The translations under genes were made by a program, and so were the position numbers. Positions 48,226 to 58,136 of a DNA stretch of 64,000 nt are shown here, piece by piece (positions within the stretch are counted from its first letter, which is position 1; each line of letters begins with the position of its first letter). This DNA comes from an uncultured Thermoplasmatales archaeon (GTDB lineage Archaea > Thermoplasmatota > E2 > DHVEG-1), in contig CAZYLG010000001.1 in NCBI GenBank assembly GCA_964648565.1, positions 12,315 through 76,314 on the forward strand. The letters run 5' to 3'. The notes under the pieces were generated by a model. The model saw only the letters and a list, made by a program, of their open reading frames with translations. It did no database searches and was not told where the DNA came from.

Positions 48226-48801
48226 ATGAACAATAATCTTGAGGATATTAAAAAATCCTTTAATAAAATGAAGAATACGCTTTATACGAATACATATGAT
48301 ATTAAAAAATATGAATATACAGATATAACTAGTATTATTACCAAAGAACATAAAACTGAAGAAGACTGGAAAGTGCTGGAGAAATTTTACCATTTTATTA
48401 CAAATATTAAGAATGTCGTTGAGGATTTAGGAACTGAGATTATTAATGTTAAAAATTTAGATTTTAATAATAAGAATGAAATTGAATTATTCTCTCGTAG
48501 TATGATTGAATTAATTGATAAATTTATTGATACATTGGTGGCAATTAATGAACATTTTAGTTTTAAGAATGATGATATTAATACTCGAATGAGTGAATAT
48601 AAATTAAAATCTTTGAGAACAAAGTTTGTTCAAAAAATAAATAAATATAGAATTCAATTCGATGTTAATGCTGATAAAAGTGAAGTTGATAAAATACGAG
48701 TATTAATTAGTGATATTTTAGATGATATTATTAAGGAAACAGTGTCACTAAGAATTAAAAAATTACATGAAGTATTATCTCGACAGTTTGAGGATAAATA
48801 A
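48226..48801 (+). CDS. hypothetical protein, 191 aa
   Basis: ORF 3 nt after the upstream stop. Confidence 0.45.
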   Translation: MNNNLEDIKKSFNKMKNTLYTNTYDIKKYEYTDITSIITKEHKTEEDWKVLEKFYHFITNIKNVVEDLGTEIINVKNLDFNNKNEIELFSRSMIELIDKFIDTLVAINEHFSFKNDDINTRMSEYKLKSLRTKFVQKINKYRIQFDVNADKSEVDKIRVLISDILDDIIKETVSLRIKKLHEVLSRQFEDK

Positions 48802-49203
48802 ATGAGTTGGTTTAAAAAGCTTACTAGTTCAGTAGGTATTATTATGACTTCTTCTTCAATGACTGGTATTACATATGATGAATTAGTACGAGAATTCGGA
48901 GAACCAAATGATGTTGAAAAACATGGTAAAATAGCAACTGAAGCACGATGGAAGCTACAAATTCTCGGTACAAAAATACAAATACAAATCAATTCATCTG
49001 ATTGGTTAATGAATCATTGGCCAGAAGGAGAAAAATCTGCTCCAGTACCATCAATTGAGAATCCTAAAGTTGACGAGATTAAAATTCTAGGTGACAGAGA
49101 AAAAATCAATTTTATTCAAGAACTTATATATATGATTATAAATAATGATTATTCCTCCTCGATAACTCATCAAGCTATTAAAAAAGCGTTTACGGAAATG
49201 TAA
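48802..49203 (+). CDS. hypothetical protein, 133 aa
   Basis: Its ATG abuts the upstream stop. Confidence 0.45.
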   Translation: MSWFKKLTSSVGIIMTSSSMTGITYDELVREFGEPNDVEKHGKIATEARWKLQILGTKIQIQINSSDWLMNHWPEGEKSAPVPSIENPKVDEIKILGDREKINFIQELIYMIINNDYSSSITHQAIKKAFTEM

Positions 49204-49223
49204 TAAAAAAATCATATTATTTT

Positions 49224-49238
49224 TAAGATAATATAAAT
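49224..49238 (+). promoter_or_regulatory. third exact copy of TAAGATAATATAAAT (contains TATAAATA), abutting the ATG of the 1692-aa gene
   Basis: No SD lies between the motif and ATG 49239. Confidence 0.45.
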
Positions 49239-52200
49239 ATGATTGAAAATATTGTTATTTCTAAAATCGGTTCAGAAACATCAGACCCAGACAGAAAAAC
49301 GTACTCATCTACTCATTCTTGGGAACAAAATGGATCCAATCTTATCGTATATGTTAATAATTCGATTAAAGTAAAAGATGAAGATTATATCGTTGTTGAT
49401 GAATTTACTATTGAATTTTCTAATTCTGTTCATACATCAGATAAAATACAATTTGTTATTACTTCTGTTACTGATCCTTCAGAGTTTTTCACGTATGAAG
49501 ATCGAATCCACCAATTAGATAGGGTGGAGAAGAAACAGGAAAATAAAGTTCAAACAACAATTAATAAACGTCCAGAAGAAGAAATTTTTAATACATATCA
49601 AATTATATCTACAGAACAAATATGGGCTACCGAAGTAGCTGATACTCCTCTTCAAGCTCAACAAGATGGAGTAGCTAGATTGCGAGATAAATTTGAATTG
49701 ACAGAAGACGTCACAGTATCGGATCATAAAGGATGGTTTGCTTCTTCTACCGGATCACTAGATGGTAGAATAACAGATTGGATTCCTCCAAGTTTTGGAC
49801 AGGGATTTACTGTTCGTTTATTTGATGATGATGATACAGAAATACCGTCGTCTGATGTGATTAAATGGAAATGGGATTACGCGGCTGGATACCTTACTAT
49901 TCAAAACTCAGATCACGATTATCAACTACCTTTTCATATTTATGGATATGAATATATAGGTAAATTTGCGTCTGATAGACTTGTAACTTGGAAAGAACCT
50001 GTATTTAGTGAAGATTTTTTACCGTTATATCATAATGAAGATGGTGATATCCGGTTGGTATTAACTGAAAATCGATTTATGCGTTTCGATTCTATAGCAA
50101 ATATGTGGAGAAATTTAAATTATGGCTCTGATATTTTACGAGATCCAGTAGTTGCTGTCGGTGATTTACCGACAGAAAATAATCAGAGAGGTGATTTACG
50201 ATTAGTATTAGAAGATAGTGATTTATATTTATGGGATGATACTATTGGTGAAAGTGGAGATTGGATAATTTTAACAGGGCAATCTTTTTCTCCAGAAAAC
50301 TATTATAAACGTGATGTTTTAGACGGATTTTTAGATGACAAATCAGACATTGGACACGTTCATGATAGTTTATATTATAGAAAACCTGAAGTCGATGATT
50401 TAGTCCGATGGAGACCCTCTCGACTTTCATTTAATGATTTACCTCCGTATACAGAGAATATAGACGGTGATGTTATTCTAACTCGTGATACAAATACCAT
50501 TTATCGCTGGGTAACTGAAAACCCCAATACTGGTCAGGGGCATTGGGAACCTATAGTTCAATCTAATTTTACATGGAAAGGTCCAGTTGATCAATTGAAT
50601 GATTTACCTCCAATAGGAAATAATCCTGGTGATGTTCGTTTGGTAAGAGATGAAGAAATAGCCTATTGGTGGGACGGAACTGAATGGAAAGAATTAAAAT
50701 CAACTATTCAAGAACATGATCATGATGATGTATATATATTAAAAACAAATTTTTATTGGAAACCACCTGTTACATCTTTTGGAGATTTACCATCAGTTGA
50801 TAATAATGATGGTGATGTACGACTTACATTAGATGATAATTTAATTTATCGTTGGGATTCCTACAACTATAAATGGACGTTAATCTCATATCGTTCATCG
50901 TGGCGCTCACCAGTAGAAACATTAACGGAATTACCAAGTGATAATGATGATAATGATGTTATTTTTGTTAAAGAAACTTCTCAAGTATATTATTGGGATG
51001 AAGATGAATCTATATGGAATTCTATTGAACTAAAGGATCATAATCACGATGATGTATATTACACGCAATCAGAGATAAATGACTTATTTGATACAAGTTC
51101 TGGTCATGATCATGATGGAGTAAATTCTCGTCAGATCAATTATAATGATTTATTAAATATACCTTATTTCTATTGGAAAAATCCAGTAGTATATGATACT
51201 GATCTGCCTGCTTCTGGGAATACACCAGGAGATGCAAGAATTGTATTAAACAACAAATCAATTCATGTTTGGACCGGTACTGAGTGGTTTCTTATTGTAT
51301 CTGGTGAATTTGTTTTAGAACATGATCATGATAGTAGATACTATACAGAAACTGAAATGGATACAATCATTAATAATACAATTACCTCATTAACTGCTCA
51401 AATTGCTACAAAAGCAAATGTTATCCATGATCATGATGATATATATTATCGAAAAGATTTTATTAATACTCATATTAATGATTTTGAACAACATGAACAT
51501 GATGGTATTGATTCTAAAAGAATAAATTTTCATGATTTAGAAAATATTCCAGATTTTAGTATTAATCATGATCATGATCATCGATATTATACACAAACAG
51601 AACTTCAAACTCCCGGACAGTCATCAGTACATTTCGAAAATATTACTAATATGCCTGCTTTTACTAGTAATTGGAAAAGTCCTGTTCAAGAATATAGTGA
51701 TCTTCCAATGACTGGTAATGAAGAAGGTGATTTACGTATTGTATTGGATACAAGAGAGATTTATGAATGGGATGGTAGTGGATGGAATTACGTAGGTGTA
51801 TGGGATGTGTCTACTACATCGAACTGGAAAGATCCTGTTAACACAACTGGAGATTTACCTTTAGTTGATAATATTAATGGTGATGTACGATTAGTATTAT
51901 CAACAAATACATTTTATCGATGGAACGCTGTTCAAGAAGAATGGATAATTATTCAAGCTGCAGGAGGTGGTGGATCAGAAAACTTTTTAGAAGAAAGCAC
52001 GATTCTTGTATTCAAAAATGGAATAAATTTACAAAAAGATGAAGAGTGGGAAATATCGGGCACATCATCGATAAATTTATTAATTGATACAGAAGATCAA
52101 GACAAAATCGCTATTATTGTTTATCATAGTAATAGTAATTTTTATCGAAGATATGACTTCACATCATTCGCGTTACAGCAGTCATTTGAGATTGGAACAG

Positions 52201-54317
52201 CAAGAGTTTTCCGACAAGAAACAGTATTATCCGAAGGGCAAACTACTGTAACATTGGCATCTCCATATACAATAGGAAGTGGTGATTTGTTGATATGGTG
52301 GAATGGTTTATTACAGAAAAGAGGAGATGATTATACAGAAACTTCTCAAACGACAATAGAATTAATTGAGGAGGCAGAAGAAGATGATGTTATTATAGCA
52401 TTGATTTTTGATTCAGCCGGTGCAAATACCATTTTTACGAAAGAAGAACAGGTGGCTACACAGGATCAACAAGAATTTGAATTAGAATATACGTATAGGG
52501 TAGGACAAAATCATTTATTAGTATATCTTAATGGACAATTACAGGAGGTTGATAGTGATTATGTTGAAATTGATGTAAATACAATTGAGTTATTAGATCC
52601 TCTTGATGCTGGAGAAAAACTTACATTTATGGCATTTAATGCTGATTTTTCATCTGGTGAGGATGAGATATCTACCGCGTGCGATTTACCAATAGGAACC
52701 CCACCAGATGGTTATTGGTCAGATGGATTGTTTCCTTGGAATTCAAATACACTTACATGTGAAGCATTAGATGATATTAATGAAGCCTTAGTTGGTTTAA
52801 CGACAGACAAACCATCAACACTCGATGGAGTTGAATTAATATGTTCTGCTACGTTAAAAGAGGGTTGGATATCAGACGGTAATGTAAACACAGAAGATGG
52901 TGTTGGAATTGAGAAAAATTATCTTATACACAATGCTGTATTTGATGTATATACTCCTGATAACTCACTATTAGATGCAGATGAAGGTATGATAAAATTA
53001 CTTGTGAATGGATCAGAAGTTGATTCGTTTCATTTAGGTAATGCATTTATAGAATCAGATAGAGCAAACGATGATGGCCAATCTGCCCTTCGTTACGGAC
53101 AGATGGCATACGGAGCATTGGCAAATGTTGGTCAATCTTCAACTCATGGAGGTATACGTGATTCAGACAATGGATATATAACAGTTGTGTTTGTAACAAA
53201 ATATCAAGAATTTACAAATTGGCAATATGGAAAAATTAAAATAAATGTCGATAATTCTTTATTACAAAGTGGATATAATGAAATTCAACTTCGCCATCAA
53301 TTATCAGCAAATATAAGAAATTCAACAATATTCAAAGTGTTTTATGATGATTCTATGAATGCACCAATCGTTGATACTGATATTACTATTATAGAAGATG
53401 AATTAAATTCAAATAAATACCTATCTGGAATCAGATATTATTCTATTGGTGATATTTTTGACATATCATTTAGTATTGATAATATATTTGATTCCACATA
53501 TGTACAAGATATTATTAGTTATACATTTCCTGGTACTGATAATATCGAACTGGATGTGGATGACGGTGATTTGAGTGGTGTATCACTTATACCCCATAAA
53601 GATGATATCGTGGACTATAATGGTTTAGTAGTAATAAATGAAGTTAATGAATATTCAATTGATGCTAAAGTTGGAGTTAATTTATATTATCCATTCGGTA
53701 CGAATGGCGAATTTATTTCAGATTCATATAATATATTAATTAACACTCATCAAATTTCTTCATCGAATTTAGAAGAAAATTTTTATGACGAATATTATCG
53801 TTTACCTATAGGAAATTATGATACGATACCTAATCCAATTACTAATAATTGGAATAGTTCACAATTATTGTCTGACGGTAATGCATTGATATTCGATGGT
53901 TCTTTACAATATGCAAATATAGAATTAACTGATTATTTACCCAATCAAACTGTTGACTACACTGGATTTTCTTTAGATCAGATGTATCTGCGAGCATTTC
54001 GTCATAATGATGCCCCTCACAACAGCGGTAAAATTCTTATCGATGGAATTAGTAAAAACGACCTTCTAACCAACAAGATAATAATAGACATCAAATTACC
54101 AACTCAGACTGGTTGGTTAAATGCGAATACTCGATATGATGTGGCTTCATTTGATGGAGAGGACGGTGATGGATGTTTGGTTGATGTTGAAGATGATTTT
54201 ATTTATTATACATCGGGGGTATATTCGACGGCGTATAGTAGTAAAATGATTATAGTACGTTTAACATTACAATCAGATTCACCGTCGGTGAATAAAATTA
54301 AGTTGTTTTGGGATTAA
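49239..54317 (+). CDS. giant fibre/neck-like protein, 1692 aa. Eight copies of a ~40-aa W(K)xPV...DLP...GD.R.VL...W repeat alternate with eight HDHD..YY-type His motifs.
   Basis: W-repeat starts near 49989, 50139, 50573, 50756, 50901, 51174, 51672 and 51825. HxH motifs sit near 50357, 50716, 51040, 51100, 51322, 51427, 51492 and 51567. The N-terminal region shares PFH(I/L)YGY(E/R)YIG with the 347-aa protein. No SD was found. Confidence 0.8.
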   Translation: MIENIVISKIGSETSDPDRKTYSSTHSWEQNGSNLIVYVNNSIKVKDEDYIVVDEFTIEFSNSVHTSDKIQFVITSVTDPSEFFTYEDRIHQLDRVEKKQENKVQTTINKRPEEEIFNTYQIISTEQIWATEVADTPLQAQQDGVARLRDKFELTEDVTVSDHKGWFASSTGSLDGRITDWIPPSFGQGFTVRLFDDDDTEIPSSDVIKWKWDYAAGYLTIQNSDHDYQLPFHIYGYEYIGKFASDRLVTWKEPVFSEDFLPLYHNEDGDIRLVLTENRFMRFDSIANMWRNLNYGSDILRDPVVAVGDLPTENNQRGDLRLVLEDSDLYLWDDTIGESGDWIILTGQSFSPENYYKRDVLDGFLDDKSDIGHVHDSLYYRKPEVDDLVRWRPSRLSFNDLPPYTENIDGDVILTRDTNTIYRWVTENPNTGQGHWEPIVQSNFTWKGPVDQLNDLPPIGNNPGDVRLVRDEEIAYWWDGTEWKELKSTIQEHDHDDVYILKTNFYWKPPVTSFGDLPSVDNNDGDVRLTLDDNLIYRWDSYNYKWTLISYRSSWRSPVETLTELPSDNDDNDVIFVKETSQVYYWDEDESIWNSIELKDHNHDDVYYTQSEINDLFDTSSGHDHDGVNSRQINYNDLLNIPYFYWKNPVVYDTDLPASGNTPGDARIVLNNKSIHVWTGTEWFLIVSGEFVLEHDHDSRYYTETEMDTIINNTITSLTAQIATKANVIHDHDDIYYRKDFINTHINDFEQHEHDGIDSKRINFHDLENIPDFSINHDHDHRYYTQTELQTPGQSSVHFENITNMPAFTSNWKSPVQEYSDLPMTGNEEGDLRIVLDTREIYEWDGSGWNYVGVWDVSTTSNWKDPVNTTGDLPLVDNINGDVRLVLSTNTFYRWNAVQEEWIIIQAAGGGGSENFLEESTILVFKNGINLQKDEEWEISGTSSINLLIDTEDQDKIAIIVYHSNSNFYRRYDFTSFALQQSFEIGTARVFRQETVLSEGQTTVTLASPYTIGSGDLLIWWNGLLQKRGDDYTETSQTTIELIEEAEEDDVIIALIFDSAGANTIFTKEEQVATQDQQEFELEYTYRVGQNHLLVYLNGQLQEVDSDYVEIDVNTIELLDPLDAGEKLTFMAFNADFSSGEDEISTACDLPIGTPPDGYWSDGLFPWNSNTLTCEALDDINEALVGLTTDKPSTLDGVELICSATLKEGWISDGNVNTEDGVGIEKNYLIHNAVFDVYTPDNSLLDADEGMIKLLVNGSEVDSFHLGNAFIESDRANDDGQSALRYGQMAYGALANVGQSSTHGGIRDSDNGYITVVFVTKYQEFTNWQYGKIKINVDNSLLQSGYNEIQLRHQLSANIRNSTIFKVFYDDSMNAPIVDTDITIIEDELNSNKYLSGIRYYSIGDIFDISFSIDNIFDSTYVQDIISYTFPGTDNIELDVDDGDLSGVSLIPHKDDIVDYNGLVVINEVNEYSIDAKVGVNLYYPFGTNGEFISDSYNILINTHQISSSNLEENFYDEYYRLPIGNYDTIPNPITNNWNSSQLLSDGNALIFDGSLQYANIELTDYLPNQTVDYTGFSLDQMYLRAFRHNDAPHNSGKILIDGISKNDLLTNKIIIDIKLPTQTGWLNANTRYDVASFDGEDGDGCLVDVEDDFIYYTSGVYSTAYSSKMIIVRLTLQSDSPSVNKIKLFWD

Positions 54318-54321
54318 TACT

Positions 54322-54921
54322 ATGAGATTTAAAAAAATTAATATAGAAAACAGAAGTAATAAATATTCAGAGCAGCAGCGAGATAGTTTAATGTCGATTT
54401 CTGCTAATCTTAATAAAATTGGTGAATTTTTTGATATTCTTATTGAATTCGAGCAATCAGTTATAAAAGACATTAAAAAAGAATTAACCGATTTTTTAAA
54501 AATTAGAGAAAACAGAGAAGAAATTATCAAAGAAAATGGTAAGAAATATTATATTGACAATTTTTTTATTCCTATAGCAAATGAATTAGAATCGGCTTTA
54601 ACAATAGCGATAGAAAATTGGAATACAAATAAAAATGATTTTAATATAGAAATATTAAATGGTTTTATTAATAATTTAAAAATATTAAATAATAGTTTAA
54701 GAGAATTAAAAAAAGTTACTGGAAGTACTATTGAAACATTTGATGCTATTCAGAATTTAATTAATACATTTGGTAATTTTACAGTATATAAAGCAGTGAT
54801 ATCAGATAATAGAGCTGAAAGATTTGAAGCATTATTAATGTTACAAGACAATATTGATAATATTAATGAGTCATCTGATGATAATACAGTAAATAAAAAA
54901 TTAACTATTGATGATTTATAA
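54322..54921 (+). CDS. hypothetical protein, 199 aa
   Basis: ORF 4 nt after the upstream stop. Helical, Asn- and Ile-rich. Confidence 0.45.
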   Translation: MRFKKINIENRSNKYSEQQRDSLMSISANLNKIGEFFDILIEFEQSVIKDIKKELTDFLKIRENREEIIKENGKKYYIDNFFIPIANELESALTIAIENWNTNKNDFNIEILNGFINNLKILNNSLRELKKVTGSTIETFDAIQNLINTFGNFTVYKAVISDNRAERFEALLMLQDNIDNINESSDDNTVNKKLTIDDL

Positions 54922-54932
54922 GGAGTAAGATA

Positions 54933-55184
54933 ATGAGTCCAAAAAACAATAAAGAAGCGATTGAACATATTAATGAAATTCTTAAAAATATGAAACTTAA
55001 AAAACCTATTAGTCAAAAAAAAATTGGAATTCTTTACAGTATATTGGAGAATGATTTTGATGAAAATTTAGATAAAATAGAGAATATTTTATTAAATGAA
55101 TACAACAATTCTAATAAAAATGGCAAAATTAATTCATTGCAAGATTTATTGAATAAAAATATAGGAGAAAAATATGGCGATTGA
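54933..55184 (+). CDS. hypothetical protein, 83 aa
   Basis: AAGGAG precedes the ATG. Confidence 0.45.
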   Translation: MSPKNNKEAIEHINEILKNMKLKKPISQKKIGILYSILENDFDENLDKIENILLNEYNNSNKNGKINSLQDLLNKNIGEKYGD

Positions 55185-55410
55185 AGGACTACAATCAATA
55201 CTTGAAGCTCAACAAAAACAAAGAGATAAGTTACAGGATTCAGAATCAGATGGTCCAGATAATAATGAAGTTATTAGTATTCTTAAATTAATATTTGAAT
55301 ATATGAAAAAAAATGATTCATATATTATGGATGTTGTTAATTCATTAGCAGATAGTCATAAGGAAGTTAAAAATCAATTAGAAGAAATCAATAAAAAATT
55401 GGATAAATAA
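55174..55410 (+). CDS. hypothetical protein, 78 aa
   Basis: Overlapping coupled ORF. Confidence 0.4.
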   Translation: MAIEGLQSILEAQQKQRDKLQDSESDGPDNNEVISILKLIFEYMKKNDSYIMDVVNSLADSHKEVKNQLEEINKKLDK

Positions 55411-56453
55411 TGAATAAAGAAGATTTGTTGTATAAAAATTACAAATCAAGAGAATTTACTTCAGATGATAAAAAATGGTATGAGGAAAAAACATCCGATC
55501 CTCAACATATCCATTTTGGTAATGTTCTTCTTGATGAAATTCCAGAATCACCCCCAGCTATTACCACAGACGTAGTAGAAATTATCAGTGATCTTACTCT
55601 AACTAAAGATTTTACCACAGATGATAATAAGGCATGGTATGCATGTTCTACTCAAGGAATATTGAGTACTCGTTTATACGATTTTATACAACCAGATAAA
55701 AATAAATCGAATAAATATAATATTAAAATTTTTGATAATACAGGTATCCAATTATTAGTTGATGACATTCTATGGGACTTTGATTATCAGAATGGAATAC
55801 TTACGTTTGAAACGGATCCAACATTAGAATACGAAGCTCCTTTCCATTTATACGGGTATCGTTATATTGGTGAAAAAGCATCGAAAGAATCATTAGGTGC
55901 TCAAACATTAGATGAAGCATACAACGGTGGATCAGAAATTAATACAGACAATGGTCCCGTTATTATTACACCATCGGCTGGATCATCAGCATTAAAAATA
56001 ACATCAGTAGATTATGTACCTACAGAAGATTTAACCGGTGATGAATTAATTAACTATAAGGGTATTTTATACATCTATGACACATTTAGAAGTACATGGA
56101 TTAGTCTCGATCGTCAAACTGTCAGTTTCGGTGTTAAGAGAGCAGATGGAATATTCTTGAATTTAAGTAATTTTTCTTCGAATATGAGTGGATGGCCCGC
56201 AATACGTGATGGAATGATTTTAGGTATCACAGCCCAAGCTGCAGGGGGGTATCCCAATAAAAGAATTAAACTATTCAAAAAAGATACCCCAGGACCACTT
56301 TTTGAATTCGATTTAGATGATTTATTTTATGCGAATGGAGATATTGGTATCCCATTCGAGAAAAATGATTTAATTAAGATATTCGTGTCATCAGAATTTA
56401 GCACAGTATATAATCTTATAGTAAATATAGAAATAGGATGGAGAGCTTCTTAA
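55410..56453 (+). CDS. structural protein, 347 aa, sharing a ~80-aa domain with the N-terminus of the 1692-aa protein
   Basis: KAWYACSTQG...DFDYQNGILTFETD...PFHLYGYRYIG aligns with KGWFASSTGS...KWDYAAGYLTIQNS...PFHIYGYEYIG. Confidence 0.55.
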   Translation: MNKEDLLYKNYKSREFTSDDKKWYEEKTSDPQHIHFGNVLLDEIPESPPAITTDVVEIISDLTLTKDFTTDDNKAWYACSTQGILSTRLYDFIQPDKNKSNKYNIKIFDNTGIQLLVDDILWDFDYQNGILTFETDPTLEYEAPFHLYGYRYIGEKASKESLGAQTLDEAYNGGSEINTDNGPVIITPSAGSSALKITSVDYVPTEDLTGDELINYKGILYIYDTFRSTWISLDRQTVSFGVKRADGIFLNLSNFSSNMSGWPAIRDGMILGITAQAAGGYPNKRIKLFKKDTPGPLFEFDLDDLFYANGDIGIPFEKNDLIKIFVSSEFSTVYNLIVNIEIGWRAS

Positions 56454-56815
56454 ATGTTCAAATAATGCAATAATGTTTTTGCTTTTAAAGTAGCATAATC
56501 AGGGTATTGTTTCACATATTCACGCGCATCGAGAAAATAAAGAGCTGCTGAACTTTTAGATTTAATGTAAATCATACTCCACCAAAATCTTTCTTCATCA
56601 GACATCTCGGAATTAAATGATAAAAGTACACTTCCATTTTCACATGGAAAATCAAGTGATCCCCCAATAAAGTAACCACCAGCTTTATCGAAAAAAATGT
56701 CTTTTAATACATCTTTATGCTCACCATTGCTACGTGTCTGCATATCATAAGTATGTGTATCTTGCGCGACAGGGGTTTCATCTTTCTGAACAAAAATTTT
56801 CTTCAACAAATTCAA
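56450..56815 (-). CDS. hypothetical protein, 121 aa. The start is uncertain: the track start overlaps the CCA gene stop by 38 nt, and an internal Met at residue 25 (about 56743) would remove the overlap.
   Basis: Its stop overlaps the stop of the convergent + gene by sharing TTAA. Confidence 0.35.
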   Translation of the reverse strand: MNLLKKIFVQKDETPVAQDTHTYDMQTRSNGEHKDVLKDIFFDKAGGYFIGGSLDFPCENGSVLLSFNSEMSDEERFWWSMIYIKSKSSAALYFLDAREYVKQYPDYATLKAKTLLHYLNI

Positions 56816-58115
56816 GAACTTTCTCCTTATCTGTTAACTCATCTTCTAATTGAAGAATACGCACAGAATCTAAAATTTTTTTAAAAATAGGACCAGGTTT
56901 AAATCCTAATGTAATTAAATCATTGCCATCGATAATTGGATCTGGTAATAATGTTTCCGGGGTGTCAAATTCTTTTTGTTTTTCTCTAATAAATGTCAAC
57001 CATCCAAAAGAATCTTTGCTTTTACCAACACAATCGGCAGCACAAAGAGTCAGTAACTCTTCAATCCATTCCTCGGCAAGCAACATCCTGACAGTAGATT
57101 TTTTCATCTTTTTCACGTCATAGGGTTTCATATGATTTTTTACAAGAAACACTACCTTATCGATAAATTTATTAGAGAACTTAAAACGAGTCAAAATGTC
57201 TTCAGTAATTTCAGCTCCAACATGAGCATGCCGTTTTGAAGTGATGACTCCATCAATGATTTTAGTAGTTGAAGGTTTACCGACATCATGCAGAAGAGCA
57301 GCCCAAATTAGTTCTGTAGAACTATCTTTAGGAAGAGCTTCCATAACCTGAATTGTATGTTCAGAAACCCAAATTTCGGGATGAAATTTTTTATTTTGGC
57401 GACAGGTAAACATTACTTCGATTTCAGCAAGTACGACAAATAAAATGCCTGATTCTCTCAATAATGTAAGAGCTCGTCGAGGCTGGTGATACGAAAATAA
57501 TTTCACTAATTCATCTCTAATTCGTTCTTTTGATACAGTCATGATTTCAAGTGAATTATCACAAATAGCTTTCCATGTTTCTTCTTCAATAGAAAAACCC
57601 AATTTTACAGCAAAACGGATTGCTCTTAGAAGACGAAGTTTATCCTCTTTAATTCTTTCTTCGGGGTTGCCAATAAATCTAATTCTTCTTTCAAGTAAAT
57701 CTTCAATACCGTTTACATAATCTAATGTTTCATCTGTCATAGGATCATAAAATAAACCATTGATGGTAAAATCTCTCCTTTGAGCATCTTTTTCAGCTGT
57801 AGAAAAAGAAATAGAAGAAGGCCGTCTTCCATCTTCATATTCGATATCTGTACGGAATGTCGATACCTCAAAAGAATATCCATTCTCGATGACGTTAATA
57901 ACTCCAAAAGCCTTTCCAATGGGAACCGTTTTTTTGAAAATATGCTCAATTTCTGATGGTTTAGCTGATGTAGCAATATCAATATCAGAAGGATGCGTAC
58001 CGAATTTCATGTCTCTTACAGCACCACCAGCAATATAAGCAGTATGGCCATAATCTTTAAGAGTGGAAATAATAGATGTAGCAATCTGTAGTTCAGTCAT
58101 ATATATATTATACAT
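56778..58115 (-). CDS. cca: CCA-adding tRNA nucleotidyltransferase with a C-terminal HD domain, 445 aa
   Basis: Pol-beta head-domain motifs GGAVRD...DIDIAT and RRDFTING. HD motif LLHDVGKP. Confidence 0.8.
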   Translation of the reverse strand: MYNIYMTELQIATSIISTLKDYGHTAYIAGGAVRDMKFGTHPSDIDIATSAKPSEIEHIFKKTVPIGKAFGVINVIENGYSFEVSTFRTDIEYEDGRRPSSISFSTAEKDAQRRDFTINGLFYDPMTDETLDYVNGIEDLLERRIRFIGNPEERIKEDKLRLLRAIRFAVKLGFSIEEETWKAICDNSLEIMTVSKERIRDELVKLFSYHQPRRALTLLRESGILFVVLAEIEVMFTCRQNKKFHPEIWVSEHTIQVMEALPKDSSTELIWAALLHDVGKPSTTKIIDGVITSKRHAHVGAEITEDILTRFKFSNKFIDKVVFLVKNHMKPYDVKKMKKSTVRMLLAEEWIEELLTLCAADCVGKSKDSFGWLTFIREKQKEFDTPETLLPDPIIDGNDLITLGFKPGPIFKKILDSVRILQLEDELTDKEKVLEFVEENFCSER

Positions 58116-58136
58116 CTTTTATGACAACTGCTAAAA

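Noticed and set aside
139-48992. Numerous 60-to-260-aa antisense or alternative-frame ORFs inside the giant genes, for example 1431..1763(-), 34449..35234(-), 36641..36961(+), 46981..47436(-)
   Set aside because: They lie fully within long, motif-rich ORFs on the other strand or frame. They have no SD, and their amino-acid composition is a mirror-image artefact. They are treated as spurious.
56778-56815. 38-nt overlap between the 121-aa ORF start and the CCA gene stop taken as real
   Set aside because: The overlap is probably an artefact of choosing the longest ORF. An internal Met at residue 25 gives a non-overlapping start. This is left unresolved and flagged in the feature entry.
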